A DNA stretch of 64,000 nt from Leucoraja erinacea (taxonomy: Eukaryota), in assembly GCF_028641065.1 (NCBI RefSeq), contig NC_073377.1:144832001-144896000 (forward strand), written 5' to 3'. The notes beneath the pieces were generated by a model. That model did not search any database. It saw only the letters and a program-made list of their open reading frames with translations, and was not told the DNA's origin. Every line of letters starts with the position of its first letter. Position 1 is the first letter of the stretch. Shown here one piece after another: positions 1 to 13,049 of the stretch. The position numbers and the translations under genes are program-made.

Positions 1-1448
1 TATGGTTCCGTCCATTGGGGAAAAAAAATCTTATTTATTGTGGCACTAATTGTATATAGAAGCACACCAACATCAGGGCACTCACTTAACTTTTTTTCCC
101 TGTTGCCAGCCGGGCAACTTAGGCAGCTTTTCAGGTTGCCAAATGACAGTTTAGGTGGTCAATTTAAGATGGCTTTCATGACGTGTGCGATAATGTGCTC
201 GAACGAAGTGTGTAGTTACCAGTCGTAATTATGCTCAATGAAGCATTCACATATTATTTCTGCTTCAAATAAAGTCACAAACTAAACATATTCACCAATA
301 AAGACATGATATATACCACAATGACATGCAGCAAAATTATAATAATCTCAACTCTTTTTACACATTGCAATTAATGCAATTTCTATTATTTCTTTTCACT
401 TCCCAACAAAAATGTGGTTGGATTATTCAGCGTATGATCAACCTGTGTCAATAAATCCTGGACCATGGTAACATATATGCTTAACCATGCACATTACCAT
501 GCACACGAAAATGATCATGACATGGCCATAGCATGGGTCGTTATTGCTATTGGAACAGAAACACTCTCGCTTCCAACATAATTTATCCACAACAAAATAT
601 ACAGGTTGCAAGGAAATTTCTATAGGCATTTTATGATAATAGCTGATAAAACCGACTATACCCATCTGACAGGTTACTAACATTACACTAACTGACAAGA
701 GATTGCCAAAGGACATAACTGCAGCAAATGTTCTTTTGGTAATATGTTTAAAGGTGCCAAAACGCCACATTACCAGACATTCAGATTAAATGTATGTGTT
801 GTGAACAGCAATGAAGATACCCAGTTTGTACGCACCAGTTTTAAAACAAATTATTGATAAACGCTATTTCCATCATTCCCACTACAGAATTAACTTTAAA
901 ATTTCAACTGAAATATCTCCTGACCAAATGTGTGATGTAAATGACCGACTGTAGATGTAAAACCTGGATAAATCCAATGTATAGTTGTGAATGTTGCTCA
1001 TTAAATAACTACAGTACTGATACTCCATATTAAAAGCATTGATTGGCCGTTAAAATGAATTCTGTATTAACGTGTCAACGGTAGCAGTGACAGTTGAACA
1101 CTGTGGTTTTAATGTTTCACGTGTTCACAATTTAATTAATCCATCTTTATGGATTAAAACAAATGATAACATTGGGATTTAAAACACATTTGATTGCATT
1201 CCGTTATCAAGCATAGTCAATTTTCGCTCACCCCACACCTTTGCTCCGCACCACGTCGTTGCCGCCAACACGAAACATCACGTTCCTTTTCTCCAGAGAT
1301 GCTGCCTGACCCGCTGAGTTACTCCATTATTTGTGTCTATCTTCAGAATAAACTAGTATCTGCAGTGCCAAATGACTCGGCAATTAGGTTGCCCGGCGGC
1401 ACTTTGGGTGGTCATTGGCACCCGGGCAACCGCTAATTTCGAGCCCTG
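1..1448. mobile_element. Right part of a hAT-like DNA transposon (left end outside the window)
   Basis: Terminus TAATTTCGAGCCCTG at 1434-1448 (rc CAGGGCTCGAAATTA). GTTGCC/GGCAAC subterminal motifs occur near 100-140 and 1388-1430. Confidence 0.55.
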
Positions 1449-2510
1449 AACATACCAACCAATTCCAGTAACCAAGAACATAGCCAGGTGTGTCAAGTTA
1501 GGAAACCCCACTGGGTCAATGAACTACAAAAGCCATGGATTCAATGCCCATATCAGACCACCAAAGATATGCGAGAAATATCATGTTAGATATATGAATA
1601 TAAAGAATGAACATGCGCATCTTCCAAACTCGCTTTTATAGAATACATTTTTCCCAGAGCCTGTCAGTAGTGCTGTTTGTTACAAATATAAGCTGGTTGA
1701 AACATAGAAACTGTTTGCGGATAATACAAAAATAGGTGGGGGGGGGGCAGATGGTGTGGAGAATGCAGGGACTCTGCAGAAGAACTTGGACAGGTTGGGA
1801 GACTGGGCAGAGAAGTGGCAGATGGAATATAGTAGCAGTATAGTAGATGGAATATAGTAGAATAAAGTGTGGAGTCATGCATTATGTCAGTAAACATAGA
1901 AAATAGGTGCACGGGTAGGCCATTCGGCCCTTTGAGCCAGCACCGCCATTCAATATGTTCATGGCTGATCACCCAGAATCAGGAACCCCTTTCCTGCTTT
2001 CTCCCCATATCCTTTGATTCTGTTAGACCCACAAACTATATCTAACTCTCTCTTCAAACATCCAGTGAATTGGCCTCCACTGCCTTCGGTGGCAGAGAAT
2101 TTCAGTGGTAGGTTAACTGGCCATCATTGGGTAAGTGCCAATGGGGAGTGAATGACCATGTGTGAGAGGGAATATATTGCAGGGATACAAGGGCGAAGGG
2201 AGTGAGACTGATGGAGTTGCTCAGCTAGAAGCAGACAAAAACCTTTTGAACTGATTAGCCCCCTTCCATGTCCTCATAAATAATCAAGATGCACCTTACC
2301 TCCAGTTAATATTCAAATAACAGATCAGCATTTTTGCTCCGACTTGGCAATTCTTTGGTCATCATCAAAAATTCAAGTCAGGGACTACATTTAAATTACT
2401 CAGAAAGAGAGTGTATTATTTTAAATTATGAGAGATCGGGTAATGTTGAAGCACGAAGGTCCCAGTAAAAACAAGTTACTGAAAGCCAGCATACAGGTAC
2501 ATCAAGACAT

Positions 2511-2605
2511 CTGAAGAAGGGTCTCGACCCGAAACATCACCCATTTCTTCTCTCCAGAGATGTTGCCTGTCCTGCTGAGTTACTCCAGCATTTTGCATCT
2601 ACCTT
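2511..2605 (+). mobile_element. Penelope-terminus-derived short element with hammerhead-like motif
   Basis: CTGAAGAAGGGTCTCGACCCGAAACATC followed by the family body (ttctctccagagatg...gctgagttactccagc). Confidence 0.7.
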
Positions 2606-3741
2606 CATTCCCTATCTCTTACTACAAAATTCATGAGGAAAGAGGAAAGGCTAAATCCATGCAAATACTCAAATCATGCTCTACCTGTCAGAGCACGAGC
2701 ACAGCTACATCAACTAAGCACAGTTTAAATCATCTGCCCATGAAAGTTGCAGTGAATGAATCAAAGAATAAAATCATAGCATGGGTTGGTCATAGTTACT
2801 AAAGGTTTGCTATTTTAGTATGATTTCCTTCTGCAACCATTTACTGGCGCGCATTCCATTCTGGAAAAAGTAAGACCAGGTCTGTAATTTATGTGTAATT
2901 TTTCAGCAGGACTGCAGTCCAGTGTGAAGCAAATTACAGCACGTCTGAGAATCTGTTCATAAATTACAATATAGCAATTGTAGTTTTACTCAGAAAAGAC
3001 AAATAGTAAGGTTGAAAGAAAGAGGGTAGAAGCAGCTTGTCAATGGCAGCTAATATGTCTGGAGATATAAATTCATTTCCAGCATCTGCAGCTTTTGATT
3101 TGCTCTTTGGTTACATTTAGAAAATGAAAGATTTGGCATCTGAAGGATTCAGAAACCAGAAAATGATCATCAAGATAACTTAGTAAAAACGCACACAGAG
3201 CAAAACTCTGCCAAATTGGAAAATCTGCAGTGATTTCTCATTCGGCTATTGTTCTGTTGTGCAAAATTTCATAAAAAGAGTTTGGATCATGAAAAATAAA
3301 CATCACTTATTTTCTTGATGTGCACACGTTCTCTGTAGTAACTGGTGTTTCAGACGTACATTCCTTTAGAGGCTTGGAAGGAGTAAGCAGTGAGGTAAAA
3401 TGTTTCCAATGTTGGCGAGTCCAGAACCAGGGGCCACAGTCTTAGAATAAAGCGGAGGCCGCTGCCTTTCGTTGTCTCTGTACTGTACACGGACAATGAC
3501 AATTAAAGTTGAATCTGAATCTGAATCTGAATCTAAAGACAAGCTGTGACCTTTACTGCCATTGACGGTATATAGTCAATGATGTGCGAGGACTTTGCAT
3601 GGCGGCAGATTGCAGCTGATGATGTAGCTCCATAACTGACTCCCTAATGAAATGGTCTGGGGTGACAGTTGTCTTCAGATAATCACAAACAGAGGTCTAT
3701 ATGAGGATCTGAAAAATGTGGCTGCATGGATAATGACCAGT

Positions 3742-3979
3742 TGTAGCGCCACCCGGTGGTTAGGCCACTTACTATGCGAACCCTCAGCAGTCGGGGGTAG
3801 TGTCAAGTGACTGGGTAATGGCGGGAAGGAGTTGTCATGAGGTTTAGGGGAGTGTCCTAGTATAAGTATTCAGCCCCGGGTCAACCTTCCCCCATTCACG
3901 TGTGTGTTGTTCCCTTTACTTCAGCAATAAAGATCTCTTTGATTTACCACGCGTGGCTTGCTTATTTGCCAACCATACA
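3742..3979 (+). mobile_element. Solo LTR (Gypsy-like)
   Basis: TGTAGCG...ATACA ends, TATA-like agtataag and AATAAA. Shares GGGAGTGTCCT with the LTR at 12343. No clear TSD. Confidence 0.55.
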
Positions 3980-4756
3980 GCTCTAGGGGCTAGCAGAATC
4001 AAGGGATATGGGGAGAAGGCAGGCACGGGTTATTGATCGGGGACGATCAGCCATATCACAATGAATGGCGATGCTGTGTTGAAGGGCTGAATGGACTCGC
4101 CAACATTGGAAACATTTTTCCTGCATCTAGCTTGTCCAGTCCTTTTATAATTGTATATGTTTTTATAAGAACCCCCTCATCCTTCTAAACTCCAGTGAAT
4201 TCAGTTCTTCCAGCAGTTCTTCATTTTTTTTTGAGTAAAAAAAGACAGGTTTACATTTATTTTCCAACTTTTCACAACATCAGCATGCTCCAAAGCATTT
4301 TTCAACCAATGAAGAACATCATTGGTGAATTTGATTAGCAGGTAGCTCTGGTGAGGATACGATATGATCAAACTTTATTTATCCCAGGAGGGAGATTGAT
4401 CTGCCAACAGTGATAAAACACAAGATACATGAAACATGAAATTAAAGTGGTGAGTGGAAAGGATTGGGGATGTGCAAAGATTGGGGTGGGGGGAGGGGAG
4501 TCAGTCTACCCCACGACAGAAGGGGGAAGAGTTGTACAGTTTGATAGCCACAGGGTAGAAGGATCTCCTGTGGAGTTCTGTGCTGCATCTTGGTGGAACC
4601 AGTCTGTTGGTGAAGGTGCTCCTCAGGTTACGATGGATATTTTATGTTCATTGAAAGACAGTACATTTGTTTAACCTCTCATCCAAAATATGCACCTCTG
4701 AGCAAAACATTCTTCCAGAATTGCACCAAAACATCACCCATTGTTGAGTTACATAT

Positions 4757-5290
4757 AAACATAGAAAATAGGTGCAGGAGGAGGCCATTCAGCCCTTCAA
4801 CACAGCACCGCCATTCATTGTGATATGGCTGATTGTCCCCGATCAATAACCCGTGCCTGCCTTCTCCCCATATCCCTTGATTCCTCTAGCCCCTAGAGCT
4901 CTGTCTAACTCTCTCTTAAATCCATCCAGTGATTTGGCCTCCACTGCCCTATGTGGCAGGGAATTTCACAAATTCGCAAATCTCTGGGTGAAAACGTTTT
5001 TCTCACCTCAGTCTTAAATGGCCTCCCTATTATACTAAGACTGTGGCCCCTGGTTCTGGACTCACCAACATTGGAAACATTTTTCCTGCATCTAGCTTGT
5101 CCAGTTCTTTTATAATTTTATATGTTTCTATAAGATCCCCCTCATCCTTCTAAACTCCAGTGAATACAAGCCTAGTCTTTTCAATCTTTCCACATATGAC
5201 AGTCCCGCCATCCCAGGGATCAATCTCGTGAACCTACGCTGCACTGCATCAATCACAAGGATGTCCTTCTTATCACAAGGATGTCCTTCC
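4757..5290 (-). mobile_element. CR1/HER1 LINE 3' fragment
   Basis: ORF 5128-5364 VQRRFTRLIPGMAGLSYVERLKRLGLYSLEFRRMRG, plus the CR1 3' tail (rc of aaacatagaaa). Confidence 0.9.
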
Positions 5291-5517
5291 TGTTCTATCA
5301 TTAGGCCAGAAGATTTAACCCCAAACCTTCCAACACAGATGTAATTACAATATCCAACATGCATAGCCTCTTCCTTCCAAAATTCTTTAATTCGTCATTT
5401 CCTTTGAAATCCAGTAGCCATTAATGCAGAAAACTAGGTTTTGGTGTTTTGTTTTTACCTACCGTAACCTACAGCTCTGGAAAGCATCACCAAGGCCGAA
5501 AATGAAATTGTCCATAA

Positions 5518-5820
5518 AGGGCCTGTCCCACTTACCGGAACCCGTGATAGGTCATCAAAATTTTCAACAATTCAGCGGTGACCAGAAAGACCAGGCTGTA
5601 TGGTCGTGAGAAGTCTCCTTTGGTCGTGAGAGGTCACCCATGACATGTCGCCAGGGGTCGCCTGTATGATCGAGAGACGTCTCCTATGGTCGTTAGAAGT
5701 CTCCAAAGAGTCGTAGCATCTTTCTGGACGCCGCTGAATTTTCAACATGTTGAAAATTTTGGCGACCTATCACGGGTGCCAGCAGGCACCTGTAAAGGTC
5801 AAGTAAGTGAGACAGGCCCT
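5518..5820. mobile_element. PIF/Harbinger-type MITE
   Basis: TIR AGGGCCTGTCCCACT.../...AGTGAGACAGGCCCT; TAA TSD on both sides. Confidence 0.8.
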
Positions 5821-5920
5821 TAAAAGGACTACTCTGCCTGAGATATTTCTTTCCCCTGTGAGAGCTGCAAGATCTGTAGAGCGGGATCTTTTTTTTCTCC
5901 TGAAAAAAGAACCCCAAGTA

Positions 5921-5958
5921 TGGTTCTGAAGAAGGGTGTCGACCCGAAACGTCACCCA
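5921..5958 (+). ncRNA. Minimal type-I hammerhead ribozyme motif (Penelope type)
   Basis: CTGAAGA-A-GGGT-GTCG-ACCC-GAAA-C-GTC: intact core, 4-bp stem II, palindromic ACGT stem III and GUC cleavage triplet. Activity is untested. Confidence 0.6.
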
Positions 5959-6110
5959 TTCTTTCTCTCCAGAGACGCTGCCCGTCCCGCTGATTTACTC
6001 CAGCATTTTGTGCCTATCTATGGTTCCATGGTACTTTATTGTTGCGAGTACCTACGCAGAGTGACATTCTTTTTCTGCATGCAGTTCAGTGACAACCCTG
6101 CAATGCATTA

Positions 6111-7015
6111 GGTAGACAGAAGTGCTGGAGAAACTCAGCGGGTGGGGCAGCATCTATGGAGCGAAGGAAATAGGCAACGTTTCGGATCAAGACCCTTCTT
6201 CAGACTGATGTGCAGATGGAGGAGGGGGGGGGGGGGGGGGGGGGGGGGTTAGGAAGAAAGAAAGAGCCAGAGGGCTGAGGGACAGCTGAGAAGGGGAGGA
6301 GGAGGTAGGGCCCCATCAACATATTAAGGACTCCCTGAAATTAGAGTAGTCAATGTTCATACCACTGGGGTGCAAACTGCCCAAGCGAAATATGAGGTAC
6401 TGCTCCTCCAATTTACAGTGGTCCTCACTCTGGCCATGGAGGTGGCCCAGGACAGAAAGGTCAGATTCAGAATGGGAGGGGGAGTTGAAGTGCTGAGCCA
6501 CTGGGAGATCAGGTTGGTTATTGCGAACCGAGCGGAGGTGTTGGGCGAAGCGATCGCCAAGCCCATGCTTGGTCTCACCGAAGTAGAGCAGGTGACATCT
6601 AGGGCAGCGCATGCAATAGATGAGGTTGGAGGAGGTGCAGGTGAACCTCTGCCGCACCTAGAAAGACTGCTTGGGTCCTTGAATGGAGTCAAGGGGGGAG
6701 GTAAAATGACAAGTGTAGCATTTCTTGCGGTTGCAAGGGAAAGTGCCCAAAGAGGGGATGGTCCGTGTGGGAAGGGACAAATTGACCATGGAGTTACGGA
6801 GAGAGCGGTCTCTGCGGAAAGCAGACAGGTGAGGGGATGGGAAGATGTGGCAAGTGGTGGGATCACGTTGGATGTAGTGAAAATGGTGGAGGATTATCTG
6901 TTGTATGTGACGGCTGGTAGGGTCGAAGTTGAGGACAAGGGGGACAGCCCTTGTTACGAGTGGGGGGATGGGGAGTGAGAGCAGAGTTACCTGGTATAGA
7001 AGAGACCCTGGTGTG
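6111..7015 (-). mobile_element. Penelope-like retroelement 3' part (GIY-YIG endonuclease + terminal repeat with hammerhead motif)
   Basis: ORF 6316-6657 NLIYCMRCPRCHLLYFGETK...RFAQHLRSV...VAQHFN is a GIY-YIG domain. Upstream ORF 6658-7062 has PCNRKKCYTC. Hammerhead motif at ~6175-6203. Confidence 0.9.
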
Positions 7016-7144
7016 AATATGACATTAGGCTCATTCACAACATTAGAATACATTAAGCACATTCACACTAAATTTAAGAGTGTAAGATAGTGGACCATGC
7101 TGAGTCCGTACACAAGAGCTGCAATGTTTTAGGCATCATCTTAA

Positions 7145-7146
<2 letters not shown>

Positions 7147-7180
<34 letters not shown>
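7147..7180. repeat. (TA)n microsatellite
   Basis: Direct reading. Confidence 0.95.
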
Positions 7181-7184
<4 letters not shown>

Positions 7185-7399
7185 GTTACTGGACAGATCC
7201 CACGTTAAGCATTAATCGTAACTGAAAATTAACAGCCAAGTTGGTCATCATCAATCTGATGCCAGGAACAACACTGTCGCTCTTTTCTTAAAGGTACACT
7301 TATCACTGATCATTGTATTCAGGTATCATATCAGACAGAACAAGCACGAGAGACACAAGAAACTGAACGTACTGGACACAAAGTGTTGGAGTAAGTTCA

Positions 7400-8215
7400 T
7401 ATCGTAGGAGCACAATTAGGCCATTCGGCCCATCAGATGTACTCCGCCTGATCTATCTTTCCCTTTCAACCCAATTTTTCTGCTTCTCCCCATAACCTTT
7501 ACCACCCTTATTGATCAAGATTCTGTTGATCTCTGCTTTAAAAATCCCCAAAGATATGGCCCCCACAGCTGTCTGTGGCAATGAATTCCATAGATTCACT
7601 ATCCTTTAGCTGAAGAAATTCCTCCTCGTCTCCTTCCTAAAGGTGCATCCTTTTATTCTGAGACTGTGCCCTCTGGTCCTAGACTTTTCCACTACTGGAA
7701 ACATCCTCTCCACATCCACTCTACCCAGGTCTTTCACTATTTAGTAAGTTTCAATGAGGTCCCCCATTCATACAGAGTACAGGCCCAGTGCCATCAAAGG
7801 CACATCATTTGTTAACCCAATCATCCATGGGATCATTGTTATAAACCTCCCCTGGACCATCTCCAATGCCAGCACATCCCTCCTCAGATATGGTGCCCAA
7901 AACTACTCACAATACTCCAAATGCTGCCTTATAAGTCTCAGTATTACATCCCTGCTTTTTAATGATAACATTTTAATAAAAATCTTACCAACAAATGATA
8001 TCCGGCTAACCAGCCTAGTTTACCCTCTTTAGCTACAGTCCCTTCCTAATCAGTGGAGTAACATTTGTAATTTTCCAGTCCTCTGGGACCACTTTTGACT
8101 CGACTGATTCTTGAAAGATCACTACTAATGCCTCCATAATCTCTAAAGCGACCTCTTTCAGAACCTTAAAGTGTAGTCCATCTGGTTCAGGTGACTTATC
8201 CATCTTCAGCCCTTT
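7400..8215 (-). mobile_element. CR1 LINE fragments
   Basis: CR1 3' end, plus ORF LKMDKSPEPDGLHFKVLKEVA...VPEDWKITNVTPL (CR1 ORF2). Confidence 0.85.
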
Positions 8216-8797
8216 CAAGCACCTTGCCCCTAATAATAACAATCCCACTAAGCTCTGCAGCCTGAATCTCTTGAATTGCTGGCACGTTGCTGGTGTCTTC
8301 GCTGTGAAGACCGACACAATAAAACTTATCCAATCATTTTCCAGCCATCCAATATCCACTCTTTTATATTATTGTCTGGCTTACCTTTATATTTCATCTG
8401 AGGCTAACTCAGCAGATCAAGCAGCATCTCCTGAAGACAGTCTGAAGGGTCCAACCCAAAACGTCATCTATCAAACTCCTCCAGAACCACTTTGTTATTC
8501 TAGTACTTTGTATTCTACAGAATAAGCACTCGGACTGCCCATGATAAGTAAATATTCCTTAATGTTTCCCACAATTTTTGGAATAAAATTCCTCTAAAGA
8601 AAAGCAGGCAACCTAATATTTTTGTTAGTTTCTTAGAATTAAACAACAAATTTGATACAACTTTTTAAAAAACTCTAATAACCCTTTTGATGCAACGATG
8701 ATTCAAATATATCCACAACAGAGATCTCCATAATGCTCTTGGACAATGCGCAGAGACCTACATATCGTTATTGAGCAGAATTGAATGTAAACAAAAT

Positions 8798-9117
8798 GGC
8801 GGGACGGTGGCGCAGAGGTGGAGTTGCTGCCTTACAGCGCTTGCAGCACAAGAGCCACCAGTTCGATCCCGACTATGGGTGCTCTCTGTACAGAGTTTGT
8901 ACATTCTCCCCGTGACCGCGTGGGTTTTCTCCGAGATCTTCGGTTTTCTCCCACACTCCAAAGACATACAGGTTTGTAGGTTAATTGGCTTGGTATAAGT
9001 GTTAATTGTCCCTAGTGTAGGATAGTGTTCATGTGTGAGTATTGCTGGTCAGTGCAGACTCGGTGGGCCGAAGGGCCTGTTTCCACGCTGTATCTCTAAA
9101 TTAAAACAAAACTAAAA
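8798..9117 (+). mobile_element. HE1-like tRNA-derived V-SINE
   Basis: A box GGTGGCGCAG, B box GTTCGATCC, V-domain (ctcccacactccaaagac) and CR1-like tail gggccgaagggcctgtttcc...(CTAAA)n. Confidence 0.85.
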
Positions 9118-9946
9118 TAATGAAACAAACCAGCTTCTTAAAAATTCAAGCTTTTAACTAACCTGAATTTGAATTTATATTCTTCGGTCCAGCATGTTCT
9201 TTTTTAAATATATTCATTTACTTCCATACACTATCACATTGCTGAACTCGGTCCCGCTGATAGATTTCTCCAGTCTCTCCGTCCACATTGTTTGCTTATT
9301 CTGTATTTTTATTTCTATATTGCACTATTACTACGGACTGACGCAAAACTGCATTTCGTTGTACCCATACTTGTATCTGTGCAATGACAATAAAGTTGAA
9401 TTGAATTGAATTGAATTAACCACATTTTCCTACTGCAGAAACTTACGAATGGAAATATACTGAGCAGTATCTTATATCATGACAACTCAACAATACACTA
9501 ATTGTTCGCTATTCCAACGACTAATGTTTCAAAGTGATCCTTGAAGACACAGATTGGATTCATAATATAAACTCGCATAAAAACATTTTGGGACAATTGG
9601 AATTAAGCCATTTTGTGATGGAGTTCCATGAATAGGTTTTCACACATGAATTGATCTCCCAAACACAAAAGGGATTATTTCCTGTAACCTCGTATACATT
9701 TCCCATTCTCTAATCATTTATGGTCTTCAAATCATAGAAACATAGAAAATAGGTGCAGGATTAGGCCATTCGGCCCTTCGAACCAGTACCGCCATTCAAT
9801 ATAATCATGGCTGATCATCCCAAATCAGTACCCCGTTCCTACCTTCTCCCCATATCCGTTGATCCCATTATCCTAAAGGGCTGACTAACTCTCTCTTGAA
9901 AACATCCAGTGAATTGGCCTCCACAGATAATTCCACAGATTCATAA

Positions 9947-10140
9947 AGGGGCTGTCCAACTTGGGTGACCTAATTGGCGAGTTTAGAAGAGTTTGAAAAA
10001 ATGACATGTAGAAGACCTCCTTCGACTATGTTGAAGACTAGCTTCGACTATGTTGAAGACTAGCTTCGACTAGCTACGACTAACTTCGGGAAAATTGGAC
10101 ATCGAATAGTGGAGAGTGAAGCCAACCTCCTTCGACCCCC
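9947..10140. mobile_element. Truncated Harbinger-type MITE
   Basis: One TIR (AGGGGCTGTCCAACTT); same body as the 34087-34547 element. Confidence 0.7.
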
Positions 10141-11589
10141 CCTCAATGTAGATTCACTGGCAGTATACTACCAGGGGGCGCCGCACAATGGCTGCCTCAC
10201 CAACTCATCTTTTCCTTCTTTTGTGTTTTTAGTTTGTTGTAAAATGTATGTTTTAGTTTATTTTTGGTTTTGTATTTGTGGGGAGGTGTTGGGGATGGAG
10301 GGGGGGGAACTTTTCTTGACTCTTTCCTCGACAGAGATGCGACTTTCTCCGTGTCATATCTCCGTAGGCGCTACGGCCTAACATCGTCGAGCTGGCGGCC
10401 TCTCATTTGGGACTACTAGGGCTCCAACCACGGAGGGGTAACGCTTTCACACAAAATTCAAGATTCAATTTTAATTGTCAAAAGAGTGGTGGGTAGGTGG
10501 AACAAGCTGTCAGAGGAGGTAGGAACAATCCCAACATTTAGGAAACAGTTAAGACACGTACATGGATAGGCCAGGTTTGGAGGGATATGGACCACATGCT
10601 GGCAGGTGGGATTAGTGTAGCTGGGACATGTTGGCCGGTGTGGGCAAGTTGGGCCGAAGGGCCTGTTTTCACGCTGCATCACTCTATGACTCCAAACCAA
10701 AATACTCTCCAGCAAAGTCCATGATTACTTTTTTCAGTGAGATGTCAAACACAAATCTATAATTGCATGTCAAGTAGTTGTATAAGATCTCATGGCACAA
10801 CTTGAAGAATAGCTGTGAGTTTGCCCGCGTTTCGATCAATAGTTACCCAACCAAATCCTCTACAATAACCGATTTATCCCCTTGTCACCCATAGTACTGC
10901 ACAGTACTTTACCAATAATGAAGTGCTTTTCTATATTCTGAGGTCATGGAAAATCCTTTATAAATATGCAATAGTTCTTTAATGACACTGATGAACAGAC
11001 CCAAGAACTGTCAATACAATTTACACATTAGCACTCTGATGATAATAGTACCTTAATATTATATTATGAACACAAAAGGGAAAAAATGTTTAAATTATCA
11101 AATGTGAAATATTACTTTTGCTTCATACGTATTCAATAAATGGAATTCAAGATAGTCACCAGTAGATTACAGAAAATTAATTTAATTCTCTATCCAGCAA
11201 TGTAATTACTTCCTTCACAAAGGCAGAAGATATGAAATTGCCTGAAGACTGACAAAGGCAAGTCAAGATCCCAATGCCAAAATAAAATTTCTGCCAGTCA
11301 AGTAGTTCCAATCATATCTTCTCTGCCAAATGTTTCTCATTCCTTCTCAAAGTATCTGCATATCAAAGAAATAACTTCTACTTAATATAATCTCTCATAG
11401 AGTCAATAAACTTCTTTAACTTAGAAATATTAGTTCCACTAATTTTGTCTTCCCCAAGAGGTTCACTCATTTTCAAATAACCGGCTATTTTTATTTCCCT
11501 TCACCATTTGCATAATCTCTTGTGAAACAGGTTGTATTAACGTGATTATAATATTTGTAATATTTTTATTACATATATATATATATATA

Positions 11590-12276
11590 CCTATCTATAT
11601 TACTAAAAGTCTGATCTGGACCGCTTTTGGCTCACTGTGGTGTGATTTCCGAGAGAACGCCGCCACCTACGGCCGTCATTTTTGGCCACCTCACTCAGAG
11701 TCCCCCTCCGCCCTCCAGGACAGGAGGATTTTTCCCATTGATGAAGGATCAGAGAGATATTAATGTTTTTAAAAAATTACTCATTCTCTCTGCTGCCCCC
11801 GCTGGCGGCAGGGAGGCGGGACTATAAAACCCGGAAGTGTAGTGCTCACTCAGTCTCTGCCAGACCCAGGAAGCGAGAGGATCACGGCTCTCTGAGCAGC
11901 GAATAACACCGAACGCACGTCTACTCCACGTTGAATCCCCTCAATGCAGCTGTAAGGTGGCTGCTGCCCAATTGTTTGCCTCGCCTTTTTAACGAGTTTG
12001 TGTTCACAAAATGAATTCTGGTTGTCGGGTGGCTGCAGCCAAATTGTTTGCCTTGGCTTGGCTTTTAACATCGTTGCAACAGTTGGCTGCCAGCCCAAGA
12101 ATCCATTCAGCCCACAATGTCTATACTAGCCCTCTGGAAACCAGTACCTTCGGCCTGCAACACCCATACTAGCGCAACAGAACCCCCCCCCGCCCCACTG
12201 GCGATCAATAGGAATATTGCGTTGGTGACGAGCCCTCCCATGTGATGCTGGGACGCAACGGGTCCCACTTCGTCTA

Positions 12277-12277
<1 letters not shown>
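11590..12277 (+). mobile_element. Non-autonomous Helitron (copy 1)
   Basis: 5' (T>C)CTATCTATATTACTAAAAG; 3' hairpin TGGGAC..GTCCCA then CTAG|T. Inserted in an (AT)n tract with no TSD. Confidence 0.85.

Positions 12278-12342
<65 letters not shown>
12278..12342. repeat. (TA)n microsatellite
   Basis: Direct reading. Confidence 0.95.
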
Positions 12343-12345
<3 letters not shown>

Positions 12346-12585
12346 GGCGTCAGCCTAAACAGGGCCACTCATGCTCAAACCCTCGTCAGGAGATACGACG
12401 CGGGCACGTGACGTCATGGCCTAGAGGGAGTGTCCTGATACAAAAGCTCTCTCACCACGAGACCTAGGAGACAACTGGCAGCTGAGCACGAGGGAACAAC
12501 CTCGCTCAGCTGCAACAACATTGTATTATAGTTAGCGCACCGGCCTGACGACTCATCTTTATTCGCCACGTATGGTGCCGCTACA
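12343..12585 (+). mobile_element. Solo LTR (Gypsy-like)
   Basis: TGTGGCG...CGCTACA inverted termini; ATAT 4-bp TSD at 12339-12342 and 12586-12589. Confidence 0.7.
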
Positions 12586-12609
12586 ATATAAAATATGTAT
12601 GATCATGTC

Positions 12610-13015
12610 ATGTGAAAGGAGTAGAATTAGGTTATTCGGCCCATCAAGAATTCGCTGCCATTCAATCATGGCTAATCCATCTCTCCCTCCTAACCCCATT
12701 CTCCTGCCCGTAACCTCTGACACCTGTATTAATCTAGATTCTATTTATCTCTGCCTTAAATATATCCACTGACTTTACCTCCACAGCCTTCTATGGCAAA
12801 GTTCCACAGATTCACCACTCTCCGCCTAAAGAAATTCCTCCTCATCTCCTTCCTAAAAGAACGTCCTTTCATTCTGAGGCTATGACCTCTAGTCCTAGAC
12901 TCTCCCAATAGTGGAAACATCCTGTTCACATCCACCCTATCCAAGCATTTCACTATTCTATATGTTTCAATGAGGTCCCATTCATTCTTCTTAACTCCAG
13001 CAAATATAGGCCCTA
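12610..13015 (-). mobile_element. CR1 LINE 3' fragment
   Basis: ORF 12756-13022 DLIETYRIVKCLDRVD...SRTRGHSL...FFRRRVVNLWN. Confidence 0.85.
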
Positions 13016-13049
13016 TGCTCATTGTGTGTGTGTGTGTGTGTGTGTGTCA

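Noticed and set aside
6357-6978. 169-aa and 202-aa ORFs
   Set aside because: They are alternative-frame and antisense readings of the Penelope coding sequence.
8798-8875. tRNA gene
   Set aside because: The A/B boxes belong to a tRNA-derived SINE head followed by the V-domain and LINE tail.
10168-10182. CTCF-like motifs (also ~51643 and ~53945)
   Set aside because: These are partial core matches, one at a repeat edge, and cannot be supported without ChIP or PWM scoring.
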